Both the position numbers and the translations under genes were made by a program. From assembly GCA_030606485.1 (NCBI GenBank), contig JAUWGH010000002.1:390001-422000 (forward strand): a stretch of DNA of 32,000 nucleotides, given 5' to 3'. Shown here piece by piece: positions 1-7,842 of this stretch (the stretch's first letter is position 1; the number at the start of each line of letters is the position of its first letter). Source of the DNA: Promethearchaeota archaeon (GTDB taxonomy: Archaea > Asgardarchaeota > Lokiarchaeia > Sigyniarchaeales > SOKP01). The notes under the pieces are model-generated. The model was given only the letters and a program-made list of their open reading frames with translations, had not been told where the DNA came from and did not search any database.

Positions 1-171
1 ATAATATTGTGATTTATTTCCTGAAATTCTATCGACTGCAGCTGTTGCTCTAGTAATTAAACCATAAGTTTCTTCCCTATCACCTAATTTTCTACCTAAC
101 TTTATTTCTTTATATTTTTCTAAAATCTCTTCTAATTGTTTAATAAATATATCCGTTAAATCATTTGGCAT
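1..171 (-). CDS. Hypothetical protein, N-terminal 57 aa (runs off the window start)
   Basis: ATG at 171 preceded by AAGGT; open to position 1: MPNDLTDIFIKQLEEILEKYKKIKLGRKLGDREETYGLITRATAAVDRISGNKSQYY. Confidence 0.55.
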   Translation of the reverse strand, partial: MPNDLTDIFIKQLEEILEKYKEIKLGRKLGDREETYGLITRATAAVDRISGNKSQYY

Positions 172-572
172 TCTTAATTACCTTTATGTTCTCTAGTTTA
201 ATTTTGTCTTTAAGCATAAAAAATTTTTTATTAATCTCAAATTTTATTAGACTTTATCAATATTATCAATTTTTTTCAATAATATTTTTTCGATCGAAGA
301 TTTTGACTTAGAGAAAATATGATATAAACTATAATTAATTATTCTCAGGAAGAAAAATCTCTACCGACAAAACGATTTTTGATATGCAATCTATAGTTAA
401 TACTTAGATATAAAAAATTAAAAAATCATAATACCCCTAAAACTTTTGAGTAAAAATACCAACTATTATTGTGATAGTTGTTATTTTTCAAAATCTAAAC
501 TCAAAATAATCAAAATAAAACAATTTTAGACAATGTTGGAAAGTTGGTATTATATTGTAAAAAATCTCTCAG

Positions 573-1301
573 GTGATTAAAATAGAAGTTTTCACACAAC
601 AAAATGATTTTAAAACATTCGAAGCCCAAATAATTAGCAATTTATATGAACAAAACCCTGATCTTAAAGAAAAAAAACAGGAACTAAAACTTAAGTTTGC
701 ATTGTTAGAAGTTCAAATGAATGAACTCATAAAGGTTGCGAAAAAAACTAATATGAAACATGCAAGAATGATTGAGACTCAATTAAATTGCGGTCTCAGG
801 GTTAGTGAATTAATCCATTTATCAATTAATCAAGTAAATCTTGAGGGAAAGTTTCTAAAAATTGAGAAAAGAGAAAAGAATCTCTATGTTGATGCATTTA
901 AGCCAAAAACGAAGAATAGCACCAGAATTCTTCCCCTAAGTGACAAAACCATCGACATTCTTAGATAACAAATTGACAAAAAGCGAAATGGATATATATT
1001 TCCATCCAATAAAGGGGTCCATTTCAACAAGTCTTCTGTAATCAGATTTATTAATAAATATGCAAGAGAGAGCAGAACTATAGGATTTAATATTGGATCC
1101 CATTCTTTAAGAAGAACTTTTGCATCATATTTAATTACAGATCCAAAAAGATCACCAGGAGAGGAACAAATCACAATTTCCGATATTTGTAGATTACTTG
1201 GCCATAAAAATATCAAAACCACAATGGAATATCTTTTCAATATTGTTAATTTAGTTGATTTCGAAAAAATAAGAACCTCTATAGATAGAATGCATAATTA
1301 A
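573..1301 (+). pseudogene. Tyrosine recombinase/integrase (catalytic domain) with one in-frame TAA at 966-968
   Basis: The frame continues past the TAA to 1301. Catalytic motifs: GLRVSE (R), PKTK (K), HSLRR (HxxR), LLGH (H), TTMEY (Y). Confidence 0.9.
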
Positions 1302-1330
1302 ATCTGATAATTAAGGAGAATAATCAAAAA

Positions 1331-1540
1331 ATGAAGAAAAAGAAGGAGACACTTGCTGAGAAAAATGTTAAGGTTGCTATAGATATCCTCAAAGAGGCAG
1401 GAGCAGAGTTTAATAAAGAAACAGGAGAATGGGAATTGCCCTCCTCTTCAAAAGAGGGAATCAAAGTGCCCAAGAAATATGAAGGGGATTATTGTGGAGC
1501 AAATTTTGTGAAGAAAGATCGAAAACGCAGAGGATATTAA
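1331..1540 (+). CDS. Small hypothetical protein (69 aa)
   Basis: ORF with AAGGAG upstream; no recognised motif. Confidence 0.6.
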   Translation: MKKKKETLAEKNVKVAIDILKEAGAEFNKETGEWELPSSSKEGIKVPKKYEGDYCGANFVKKDRKRRGY

Positions 1541-1576
1541 AAAAGAAATTATAATATTGCCGACAAAAATATAATT

Positions 1577-2122
1577 ATGTCAAGACAAGAATCGAATAAA
1601 AAATTTCAGATTACAGGTGCTTTTTATATTATCTTTGCAATTATCTTTCTAGTGTCTGGGATCGGTATTTTCGAGAATGCTTTCTTCGATTCAATATATG
1701 TATTTCAATATTTTGGTTATACTCTATTGATATTTGGAGGTTGAGAAGGATTAATTTTAATCTTCATCTCAATTATCACTCTTTTCAGTTTTAAAATCAA
1801 GAGATCATTAATATTTGGGATAATTGGATGTGTTCTGATCGGAATTAATTTCATAATAATCCTAATTGATCATTCTATGCGAATTGCGATTGGATATAGA
1901 GCATTTTTCGTTGCTCCTTTCTATATCACCCTCATAGCATGGATAATTCTCTGCTTCATCAATGGAATTATATATATTCAAAAATCGAGGTTGGAGATCC
2001 CCATATCTAAAGAGGAGAAACCAGAAGAAAAAGCTCCCGAAGGAATGAAGTACTGTTCTTCATGTGGAGAAAAAATTAAAAAACAAGCAAACTATTGTGA
2101 GTTTTGCGGTTCAGAACAATAA
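1577..2122 (+). pseudogene. Membrane protein with C-terminal zinc ribbon (CSSC-x10-CEFC), in-frame TGA at 1742-1744
   Basis: ATG 1577 is in frame with the tracked ORF 1877..2122. About four hydrophobic segments, one internal stop (FGG*EGL), and a Lokiarchaeia-like terminal zinc ribbon. Confidence 0.75.
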
Positions 2123-2185
2123 ATTAAAAAATATTTAAAATTTACTTTTTTTCTACACTCTATTTTTTTAAATTTTAATATAAAG

Positions 2186-2225
2186 AATATTTATACTGAA
2201 AAAATAATATTTATACTGAAAAAAT
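2186..2225 (+). repeat. Perfect tandem repeat, 2 x 20 bp (AATATTTATACTGAAAAAAT), upstream of the ParB gene
   Basis: Read directly at 2186-2205 and 2206-2225; each unit contains TTTATA (TATA-box-like). Confidence 0.9.
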
Positions 2226-2243
2226 AGTAAAAGGGTGAAAATT

Positions 2244-3560
2244 ATGAAAATAAAATTTGAAAATTTAGTACCAAATAAATATAATCCACGCAAACTTTTT
2301 AGAGGAGCATCTATGGAAGAGCTTAAAGAATCTACTAAGGATTTCGGACTTATAGAGCCATTAGTAGTGAGACAGCTCAAGAACGGAAAATATGAAGTTG
2401 TTGCTGGAATGCGTAGATATCATGCTTTGAAGGAGCAAAAAATAGAAGAAGTAGAATGTAATGTTCTAGATTTAACCAACAAACAAGCTATTGACGTTGC
2501 TTTTATCGAAAATATCCAAAGACAAGATTTAACTGCAATAGAAGAAGCTAATATGTTTTTAAATCGTTTAAAAATAAATCCTGAATTTTTGAAGAAATTC
2601 AAAAAATCGGAAACCGTTTCCGATTTTTTCTCTAAAAACTTAATATCTGGAGATTCCAAATTTACTAAAGAACTTGGTGATACCTATCATATAAACCCAA
2701 AAACAATCTTTAATAAACTTAGTTTATTATGTCTCCCAGAGACATTACAGAATGCTATTGAAATTGATGAATTACAATTAAGAATTGCTTATAATATAGC
2801 AAGATTGCGTCAAATAGAAGATAATGATCTTGCTCAGAAATCTATGCTTGAAATATATAATGACTATAAAAAAGAGAGAGATTCGATAAGTTTAGATGAA
2901 ATAAAAATGAGAGTATCCAAAAAAATTGAGTATTATAAATCCAAAAAAGATGAACAAGAAGAAATTACTGAACAGAGAATTCAAGAACTAAAAAGGAAAA
3001 TAAAAGAGACAAAAGAGAGCAAAGATGAAATATTGAAGAAATTAGCTAAGAAAATAATAGAAATTCATAATAATGAAGCATTTACCGATATTGATTTCTC
3101 TGAAATGGAGATTATTGAATATGATGATGATAAAGAGTTATTTGAAAAAAATGATAGAGAAACCATTTTTTCAAAAGGTGAGAAAGTTTCTGAATTTTTG
3201 GAGGAAGAAGATAAAAAATATAGGGGAAATGAAATATATGAACGAATAGTAGAAAATATTGATGATTTAGAAAATAAAATCTCAGATATTCGATTACTAA
3301 TAACTAGGGTTAAAGAAAAAAATATTACGCAATGTCCTTTCTGCTATGCAAGGATTGACCTACCTGAGATTAATAAAAAAACAGAGGAATACCAAGATGA
3401 ATTAGAAGACTTAAAATCACAACGTTCTAAAATAGCAGGTATAAGTGGTTTTATTTCAGACAGACGGAAGGCAATAAATAAGATATACAGTGCTTTCGAA
3501 TCTAAGGATAAATTTATAGAAGACTTTGAAAAAGAACTGGAGGACTTAAGAATTGACTAA
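2244..3560 (+). CDS. ParB/RepB/Spo0J-family protein with long C-terminal coiled coil and central CPFC motif
   Basis: N-terminal NPRK, GLIEPLVVR, AGMRR (GxRR) and ENIQR motifs, then an HTH-like segment and a charged helical C-terminal half with CPFC at 3333-3344. ATG 2244 follows a GGGTGA SD (track start is GTG 2235). Confidence 0.88.
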   Translation: MKIKFENLVPNKYNPRKLFRGASMEELKESTKDFGLIEPLVVRQLKNGKYEVVAGMRRYHALKEQKIEEVECNVLDLTNKQAIDVAFIENIQRQDLTAIEEANMFLNRLKINPEFLKKFKKSETVSDFFSKNLISGDSKFTKELGDTYHINPKTIFNKLSLLCLPETLQNAIEIDELQLRIAYNIARLRQIEDNDLAQKSMLEIYNDYKKERDSISLDEIKMRVSKKIEYYKSKKDEQEEITEQRIQELKRKIKETKESKDEILKKLAKKIIEIHNNEAFTDIDFSEMEIIEYDDDKELFEKNDRETIFSKGEKVSEFLEEEDKKYRGNEIYERIVENIDDLENKISDIRLLITRVKEKNITQCPFCYARIDLPEINKKTEEYQDELEDLKSQRSKIAGISGFISDRRKAINKIYSAFESKDKFIEDFEKELEDLRID

Positions 3561-4341
3561 ACCTACATATAAAGAAGTTAAACCAGACGAAAAAGTTCCA
3601 TTTGAAAAAGTAGAAGTTCATAGAATCTCAATTGATCCAGTCTTATCTCTTCTAGAATTATTAACTATAATAAATGAAAGGGAAAAAGAAGGGGTAATAA
3701 AGTTATTAGATATCTCTTTTGAAAGCTCTCCCCAATCAGCAAAATATGGCTCCAGAATTGGGTTTGGTAAAGATGAAAGACTTATTGTAAGAAGGATGGA
3801 AGAGACAATGTATGTTCCTAAAAGAACATTTAAGTTTACAAAAGATTATACAATTGAGGACGCTATTGAAGCTTTTGAAGATTTAGACCAATATCTTATA
3901 GAAACCAAACATGACTATACTTTAGACATATATCCCACTTCTCTTAATGTTTTGGATATGGGATCTAAACCAGAACGTGCACAAATGATTATAAGATTTG
4001 GGAAGAAAAGAAAAGTTGATAAAAATAGTGAAATAGGTTTAGAATTAAGTGGAGCTCAAATAATGCCACTTGATGCTATCAAACTTTTTATAGCCATAAG
4101 AGATAAAAGAACTAAAAATTGGAGAAAAGGATCAATCCCATCAAGAATTGCTGATAAAATGAAAAAATATGTTGATGGAACCTATTTTATTGAAGCTGAT
4201 GACATTAAAAACTACACAAGACATATTTATAAATCCGATTTTACAATTAAGACAACTTGTATAGTAGGTAAAGAGAGAAAAACTTTCGATAGATACACAC
4301 CAATTCCTGGTGGCAAATGTAGAAAAGTCCCTAAAGATTAA
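3553..4341 (+). CDS. Hypothetical protein (262 aa), overlapping the ParB stop
   Basis: Long ORF whose TTG start overlaps the parB end by 8 nt; no family recognised. Confidence 0.8.
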   Translation: MTKPTYKEVKPDEKVPFEKVEVHRISIDPVLSLLELLTIINEREKEGVIKLLDISFESSPQSAKYGSRIGFGKDERLIVRRMEETMYVPKRTFKFTKDYTIEDAIEAFEDLDQYLIETKHDYTLDIYPTSLNVLDMGSKPERAQMIIRFGKKRKVDKNSEIGLELSGAQIMPLDAIKLFIAIRDKRTKNWRKGSIPSRIADKMKKYVDGTYFIEADDIKNYTRHIYKSDFTIKTTCIVGKERKTFDRYTPIPGGKCRKVPKD

Positions 4342-4475
4342 TTTTTTATTTTTTACTTTCAGTCTCCCCTCTCAGTGTCCTATAAATAGATTAGAGTGCG
4401 TGGACTTACTGATTTAACAAATATTTATATTATTGATCATCCTAATTATTTTTGTCGATAAATAAATTAACAAAA

Positions 4476-4640
4476 ATGGAAAAACATAAGATGAAAACCG
4501 AAATTGATCTTCCTGATGAAGAATATAAAAAATTAAAAGAAATCTACAAAATATTTGATAAAGACATTAATGAATCTATAGAACATTTAACAATAAATTT
4601 AATAAAAGATTCTTTTACTGAAATCAAGTCTCTGATATAG
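4476..4640 (+). CDS. Small CopG/ribbon-helix-helix-like protein
   Basis: MKTEIDLPDEEYKKLKEI pattern (beta strand then helix); start uncertain (4452, 4476 or 4491). Confidence 0.5.
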   Translation: MEKHKMKTEIDLPDEEYKKLKEIYKIFDKDINESIEHLTINLIKDSFTEIKSLI

Positions 4641-4782
4641 ATTTCTTTATTTCTTCTAATCTTCTTCTTACAGACTCATTAATAAATTCATGATGTGTTC
4701 TATAACCCAATTCTATATGCTCTTTAATGATTTTTAGGATTTCTTCTATAACTTCTTCTGGAATTTTTACAATGTTCGAAAT
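4624..4782 (-). CDS. Ribbon-helix-helix (CopG/MetJ/Arc-like) protein, apparent ATT start; not in the ORF track
   Basis: Translation NIVKIPEEVIEEILKIIKEHIELGYRTHHEFINESVRRRLEEIKKSISET* fits the RHH pattern. GGGGG lies upstream of ATT and there is no ATG in frame. Confidence 0.65.
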   Translation of the reverse strand: MSNIVKIPEEVIEEILKIIKEHIELGYRTHHEFINESVRRRLEEIKKSISET

Positions 4783-4811
4783 AAATGGACCCCCAAATGA
4801 CCCCCTTTTAA

Positions 4812-4914
4812 TGGTGCGCCCGCCGGGATTCGAACCCGGGCCCCTAACGTGGCAGGCTTTTATCTATTTCTTAAGTTAAGAAAATAAAGGATAATACCAC
4901 TATACTACGAGCGC
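4812..4914 (-). tRNA. tRNA-Gly(GCC) with encoded CCA and a 29-nt intron
   Basis: Acceptor stem GCGCTCG/CGGGCGC, T-arm CCGGG-TTCGAAT-CCCGG, A73 and CCA. The anticodon stem CTAGC/GTTAG around CT-GCC-AC forms once the intron is removed (74 nt mature). Confidence 0.95.
4859..4887 (-). other. tRNA intron at non-canonical position 28/29 with bulge-helix-bulge-type junction
   Basis: Intron TTATTTTCTTAACTTAAGAAATAGATAAA. Exon TATC (23-26) pairs with intron GATA (4-bp helix), 3-nt bulges are CT|T and AA|A, and the internal hairpin is TATTT(T)CTTAA/TTAAGAAATA. Confidence 0.85.
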
Positions 4915-4945
4915 TTATTCTATAGATAAAAAAAAGAATATAAGA

Positions 4946-5965
4946 TTAAATATTAATTTTACTAATCGTTTGTTCAACTTGATTCTTTTCTATAAATTCC
5001 TCGAGTGTTCTTACATTATTTGGTATTCCTTCTCTAACACCAGTATCACTACATTCTAAAGCAGACATAGCGGTTGCAATTTTACATAATTTCGGTAGTG
5101 AAAAATTCATAAATAGTGAAATAATTATTCCACTCATAAACGCATCTCCAGCTCCCGTCGTATCTTCAATGGGAGTGTTAAATATATTAGTTCGAATCAT
5201 CTCATTTCCATCGAAAACAGTGGAACCATTAGCACCATCAGTTATTGAAATTAAATCAACACCCATTTTATGAATATCCATTAAAATATCAATAGTTGAT
5301 AACTTATTTGTAAATTCTGAAGCTTCCTCTTTATTGAAAGAAACCACATTGGATTTGCTAATTAATTTTTTTGCCCATTGAGGATTATTTTTAATTATTG
5401 ACATACTGGGTGCGGCAAAAACTTTTTTTCCAGCATTTTTAGTTAAATCAATTGCTTTATCTATAGCCTTACATCCACTTTCTGAAGTTAATGAAGTCCA
5501 AGCGAAGCCATCTATGTCTTTAAATATTTCTTCCTTCACATTTGTTGGAGTTATTAAATTGTTTGCGCCTTTGTACGCCAAGATACTTCGATCTCGTCCC
5601 CATTCGGTTTTTAGAATTAATGAAAAGGCAGTAGAATCCTCATCCGTTTGAATAACATTACTTACATCAACATTTCTCTTTTTCAAATCATCAAGACATA
5701 TGGAAGCTGAAAAGTCCTCACCTATAACTCCGATATATATACCCTTCATGCCGATCATTGATAAATCAGCAGCAATATTTGTTGCAGAACCTCCAGGAAC
5801 AAATTTGATATTTTCAACATTCAATTTGCGCGAATATTCAATGGCAGTATATTTTTTGATAACTTCTTTTTCAAATAATTCAAATCTTAAGATATCTTTT
5901 ATTTGAATGATACAATCGAGTGTGCAACTGCCAATTGTTACAATTTTTAAATCAGATAAGTTAAT
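4946..5965 (-). CDS. PfkB/ribokinase-family carbohydrate kinase (339 aa, apparent ATT start)
   Basis: GGSATN and DTTGAGDAF signatures. The frame extends above the track start to include the N-terminal IVTIGSCTLD motif; ATT at 5965 lies 6 nt after a GGTGA SD. Confidence 0.92.
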   Translation of the reverse strand: MNLSDLKIVTIGSCTLDCIIQIKDILRFELFEKEVIKKYTAIEYSRKLNVENIKFVPGGSATNIAADLSMIGMKGIYIGVIGEDFSASICLDDLKKRNVDVSNVIQTDEDSTAFSLILKTEWGRDRSILAYKGANNLITPTNVKEEIFKDIDGFAWTSLTSESGCKAIDKAIDLTKNAGKKVFAAPSMSIIKNNPQWAKKLISKSNVVSFNKEEASEFTNKLSTIDILMDIHKMGVDLISITDGANGSTVFDGNEMIRTNIFNTPIEDTTGAGDAFMSGIIISLFMNFSLPKLCKIATAMSALECSDTGVREGIPNNVRTLEEFIEKNQVEQTISKINI

Positions 5966-6110
5966 ATTTTCTCACCTATTTTTATTTGGAATAGTAAACA
6001 GTCATAAAAATCAGATTTAAGTTTAAAGCTAAATTTTTTAAATTTAAATTTTGTTAAAAAGGCAAAAAAAAAATATTTAGATTCTATTTCTGTACTGCAC
6101 ATCGGACAAA
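5951..6110. repeat. 160-bp direct repeat, copy A
   Basis: 156/160 identical to 7683-7842; contains the zinc-finger gene 3' end, the intergenic spacer and the pfkB start. Confidence 0.95.
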
Positions 6111-6293
6111 AAGTTTACTTATGTAAAAACATAATAATCCAGCAATCATTGATCCAATAATTCCCATGAGCCCTCCTATAAACCAAACCCAAATCATTCC
6201 TGTTGCAATAAGAATAATCTCAGAAGGTATGGGAATTAAAAGACCTTGTATTGCCATAATCGTTAAAAATAGAAAAATTCCAATAATTCCCAA
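6111..6293 (-). pseudogene. Internal fragment of a DedA/TVP38/TMEM64-family membrane protein
   Basis: AIQGLLIPIPSEIILIATGMIW...GSMIAGLLCFYISK resembles the DedA core; truncated at the repeat boundary. Confidence 0.7.
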
Positions 6294-6307
6294 TTCGTAT
6301 ATATTAT

Positions 6308-6619
6308 GTGAATTTTGATAAGTTATATTTAGTTTTAAATAAATGCGGGTTTTTTAACATTCTTCATGTTCTTTCACTGTATAAAGATTATAGAGTAGAA
6401 AAAGGAGAATTTTACAAGAAACTTACTGAGTTCAGTAATTTTAATTCTTTTCTTCGTATAAAAGATAAATTGCTGGAGAAAGAATTAATATTGGTTGATA
6501 GACATAATGAAGAAGAGTATATCGAGCTTACTAAGAAAGGCAGATCCGTATACGATAATCAAGAGATCAATTCAATCTATTTAAAGAAAAAAGTAATTAA
6601 AATATGTAGACCAAGATGA
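6308..6619 (+). CDS. Winged-helix-like small protein, possibly with a degenerate C-terminus
   Basis: C-terminal wing pattern LLEKELILVD...YIELTKKG. Confidence 0.55.
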   Translation: MNFDKLYLVLNKCGFFNILHVLSLYKDYRVEKGEFYKKLTEFSNFNSFLRIKDKLLEKELILVDRHNEEEYIELTKKGRSVYDNQEINSIYLKKKVIKICRPR

Positions 6620-6699
6620 AAAAGTTAAATAATAGTAAAATTTGAAGTGGTTAAAGTAAAAGTATTGTTATAGTTCTATTAGACCATATCTATTATTAT

Positions 6700-7428
6700 C
6701 TAAATCTTTCCAATAATAGCTAAGTAAAGAGCAATTTCATATTCACCATCGATATTGATAAGGTCATCTAGTTCTTTTTGATTATAAGCGACAATTGCAC
6801 AAGTACCAGCATCAATTGCACTACAAGCAAGATAAAGGTTTTGGCAGATATGTCCAACACCAATTAAGATATCTTTAAGAGAATCATCTCCATATCTCCA
6901 TTCTGTTCTATAGGGTCTACAACTCCAGATAAAAACAACAGCAGCAGTACCTATAAAGGCTTGTCGATTACAAACTTCTACGATCTTTGACGGAAACTCT
7001 GGTTCATTAGTATTTAATGTCAATAGTTTATGTTCTATAGCTAAATAACGGTATAATCCGGGGGGTATTTCGTTTACACGATTAATTATTAAGTATGTTT
7101 CATATGGATGCATAGCTCCTCCAGAAGGAACAGTTCGTAATGTTACGAGCCCCCCACGATCAAGTTTCTTTACTCCTTGTGTTGTCCAGAGCAAAAAAGA
7201 TAATTCTTCTATTGTTAATGGTGATTTAAGATAATTTCGATGACTTTCTCGATTATTAATTGCCTTAATTAAAGAAATATTACCTAATTTAATATTCTCA
7301 GGTACTACTAGATCAATTAATTTAGCATCTTTAGGATAGGGCTTCTGGATAGGAGGAATGGGTAAGCCTTTCATTTGATCTGTTTCATCTTCTAAAATTG
7401 GATTTTTAAGATATTTACGATATTCCAT
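6700..7428 (-). CDS. SagB/ThcOx-family nitroreductase-like dehydrogenase
   Basis: RESHRNY, LRTVPSGGAMHPYETY and GHICQNLYLACSAIDAGTCA motifs. Confidence 0.9.
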   Translation of the reverse strand: MEYRKYLKNPILEDETDQMKGLPIPPIQKPYPKDAKLIDLVVPENIKLGNISLIKAINNRESHRNYLKSPLTIEELSFLLWTTQGVKKLDRGGLVTLRTVPSGGAMHPYETYLIINRVNEIPPGLYRYLAIEHKLLTLNTNEPEFPSKIVEVCNRQAFIGTAAVVFIWSCRPYRTEWRYGDDSLKDILIGVGHICQNLYLACSAIDAGTCAIVAYNQKELDDLINIDGEYEIALYLAIIGKI

Positions 7429-7682
7429 ATATTCATAACCTCAAAAACTGAATTCTTGAGCAAATTATTCTTTAAAATATTCAATATTTAAAAGGATTAG
7501 GAATAGATAATAAAAGAATTTTATTAAATTTAAAATGAATTTTTTCATTAATACAATTGAAATCATAATAAAATGGGTATCATTACACTTTTTAAATAGA
7601 GAGAATGTTGTTAAGTATTTGAACAATGATGTCTCTAAAAAAACCAATTATAAAAAAATTTATAGTATCTATTAATACTGGT

Positions 7683-7842
7683 ATCAGATAAGTTAATGTT
7701 TTCTCACCTATTTTTATTTGGAATAGTAAATAGTCATAAAAATCAGATTTAAGTTTAAAGCTAAATTTTTTAAATTTAAATTTTGTTAAAAAGGCAAAAA
7801 AAAATTATTTAGATTCTATTTCTGTACCGCACATCGGACAAA
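7683..7842. repeat. 160-bp direct repeat, copy B
   Basis: 156/160 identical to 5951-6110; carries the functional stop of 7805..8194. Confidence 0.95.

Larger units (their letters stand above)
1..4811. mobile_element. Putative decaying integrative element/genomic island adjacent to the 3' end of tRNA-Gly; left boundary probably outside the window
   Basis: Tyrosine recombinase pseudogene, ParB-like gene, RHH genes, orphans and nonsense-disrupted genes cluster directly 3' of a tRNA. No second copy of the tRNA 3' end (att) is visible in the window, so boundaries are inferred. Confidence 0.6.

Noticed and set aside
455-551. Inverted repeats upstream of the integrase (AATACCAACT 455-464 / AGTTGGTATT 542-551; CAACTAT/ATAGTTG 460-480)
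   Set aside because: Short matches in very AT-rich DNA. They could be recombinase or regulator sites, but nothing in the window distinguishes them from chance.
884-1240. Tracked minus-strand ORF 884..1240 and other antisense or overlapping ORFs (2168..2380, 2420..2659, 5700..5906, 8445..8636, 9551..9763, 9890..10267, 10237..10422, 11388..11642, 12452..12634, 12818..13150, 18245..18451, 18588..18821, 18956..19159, 20529..20729, 24299..24508)
   Set aside because: They shadow well-supported genes on the opposite strand and carry no recognisable motifs.
4360-4412. Slightly GC-richer stretch with weak self-complementarity (CAGTGTCC...GGACTTACTG)
   Set aside because: The pairing is short and interrupted, with no recognisable ncRNA motif.
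1-4811. Second att site (duplicate of the tRNA-Gly 3' end)
   Set aside because: No copy of TGGTGCGCCCGCC was found by eye in the window, so element boundaries cannot be fixed here.
7465-7647. Tracked 60-aa ORF and possible decayed coding fragments on the + strand at 7470-7680
   Set aside because: Low-complexity AT-rich sequence with no identifiable family.
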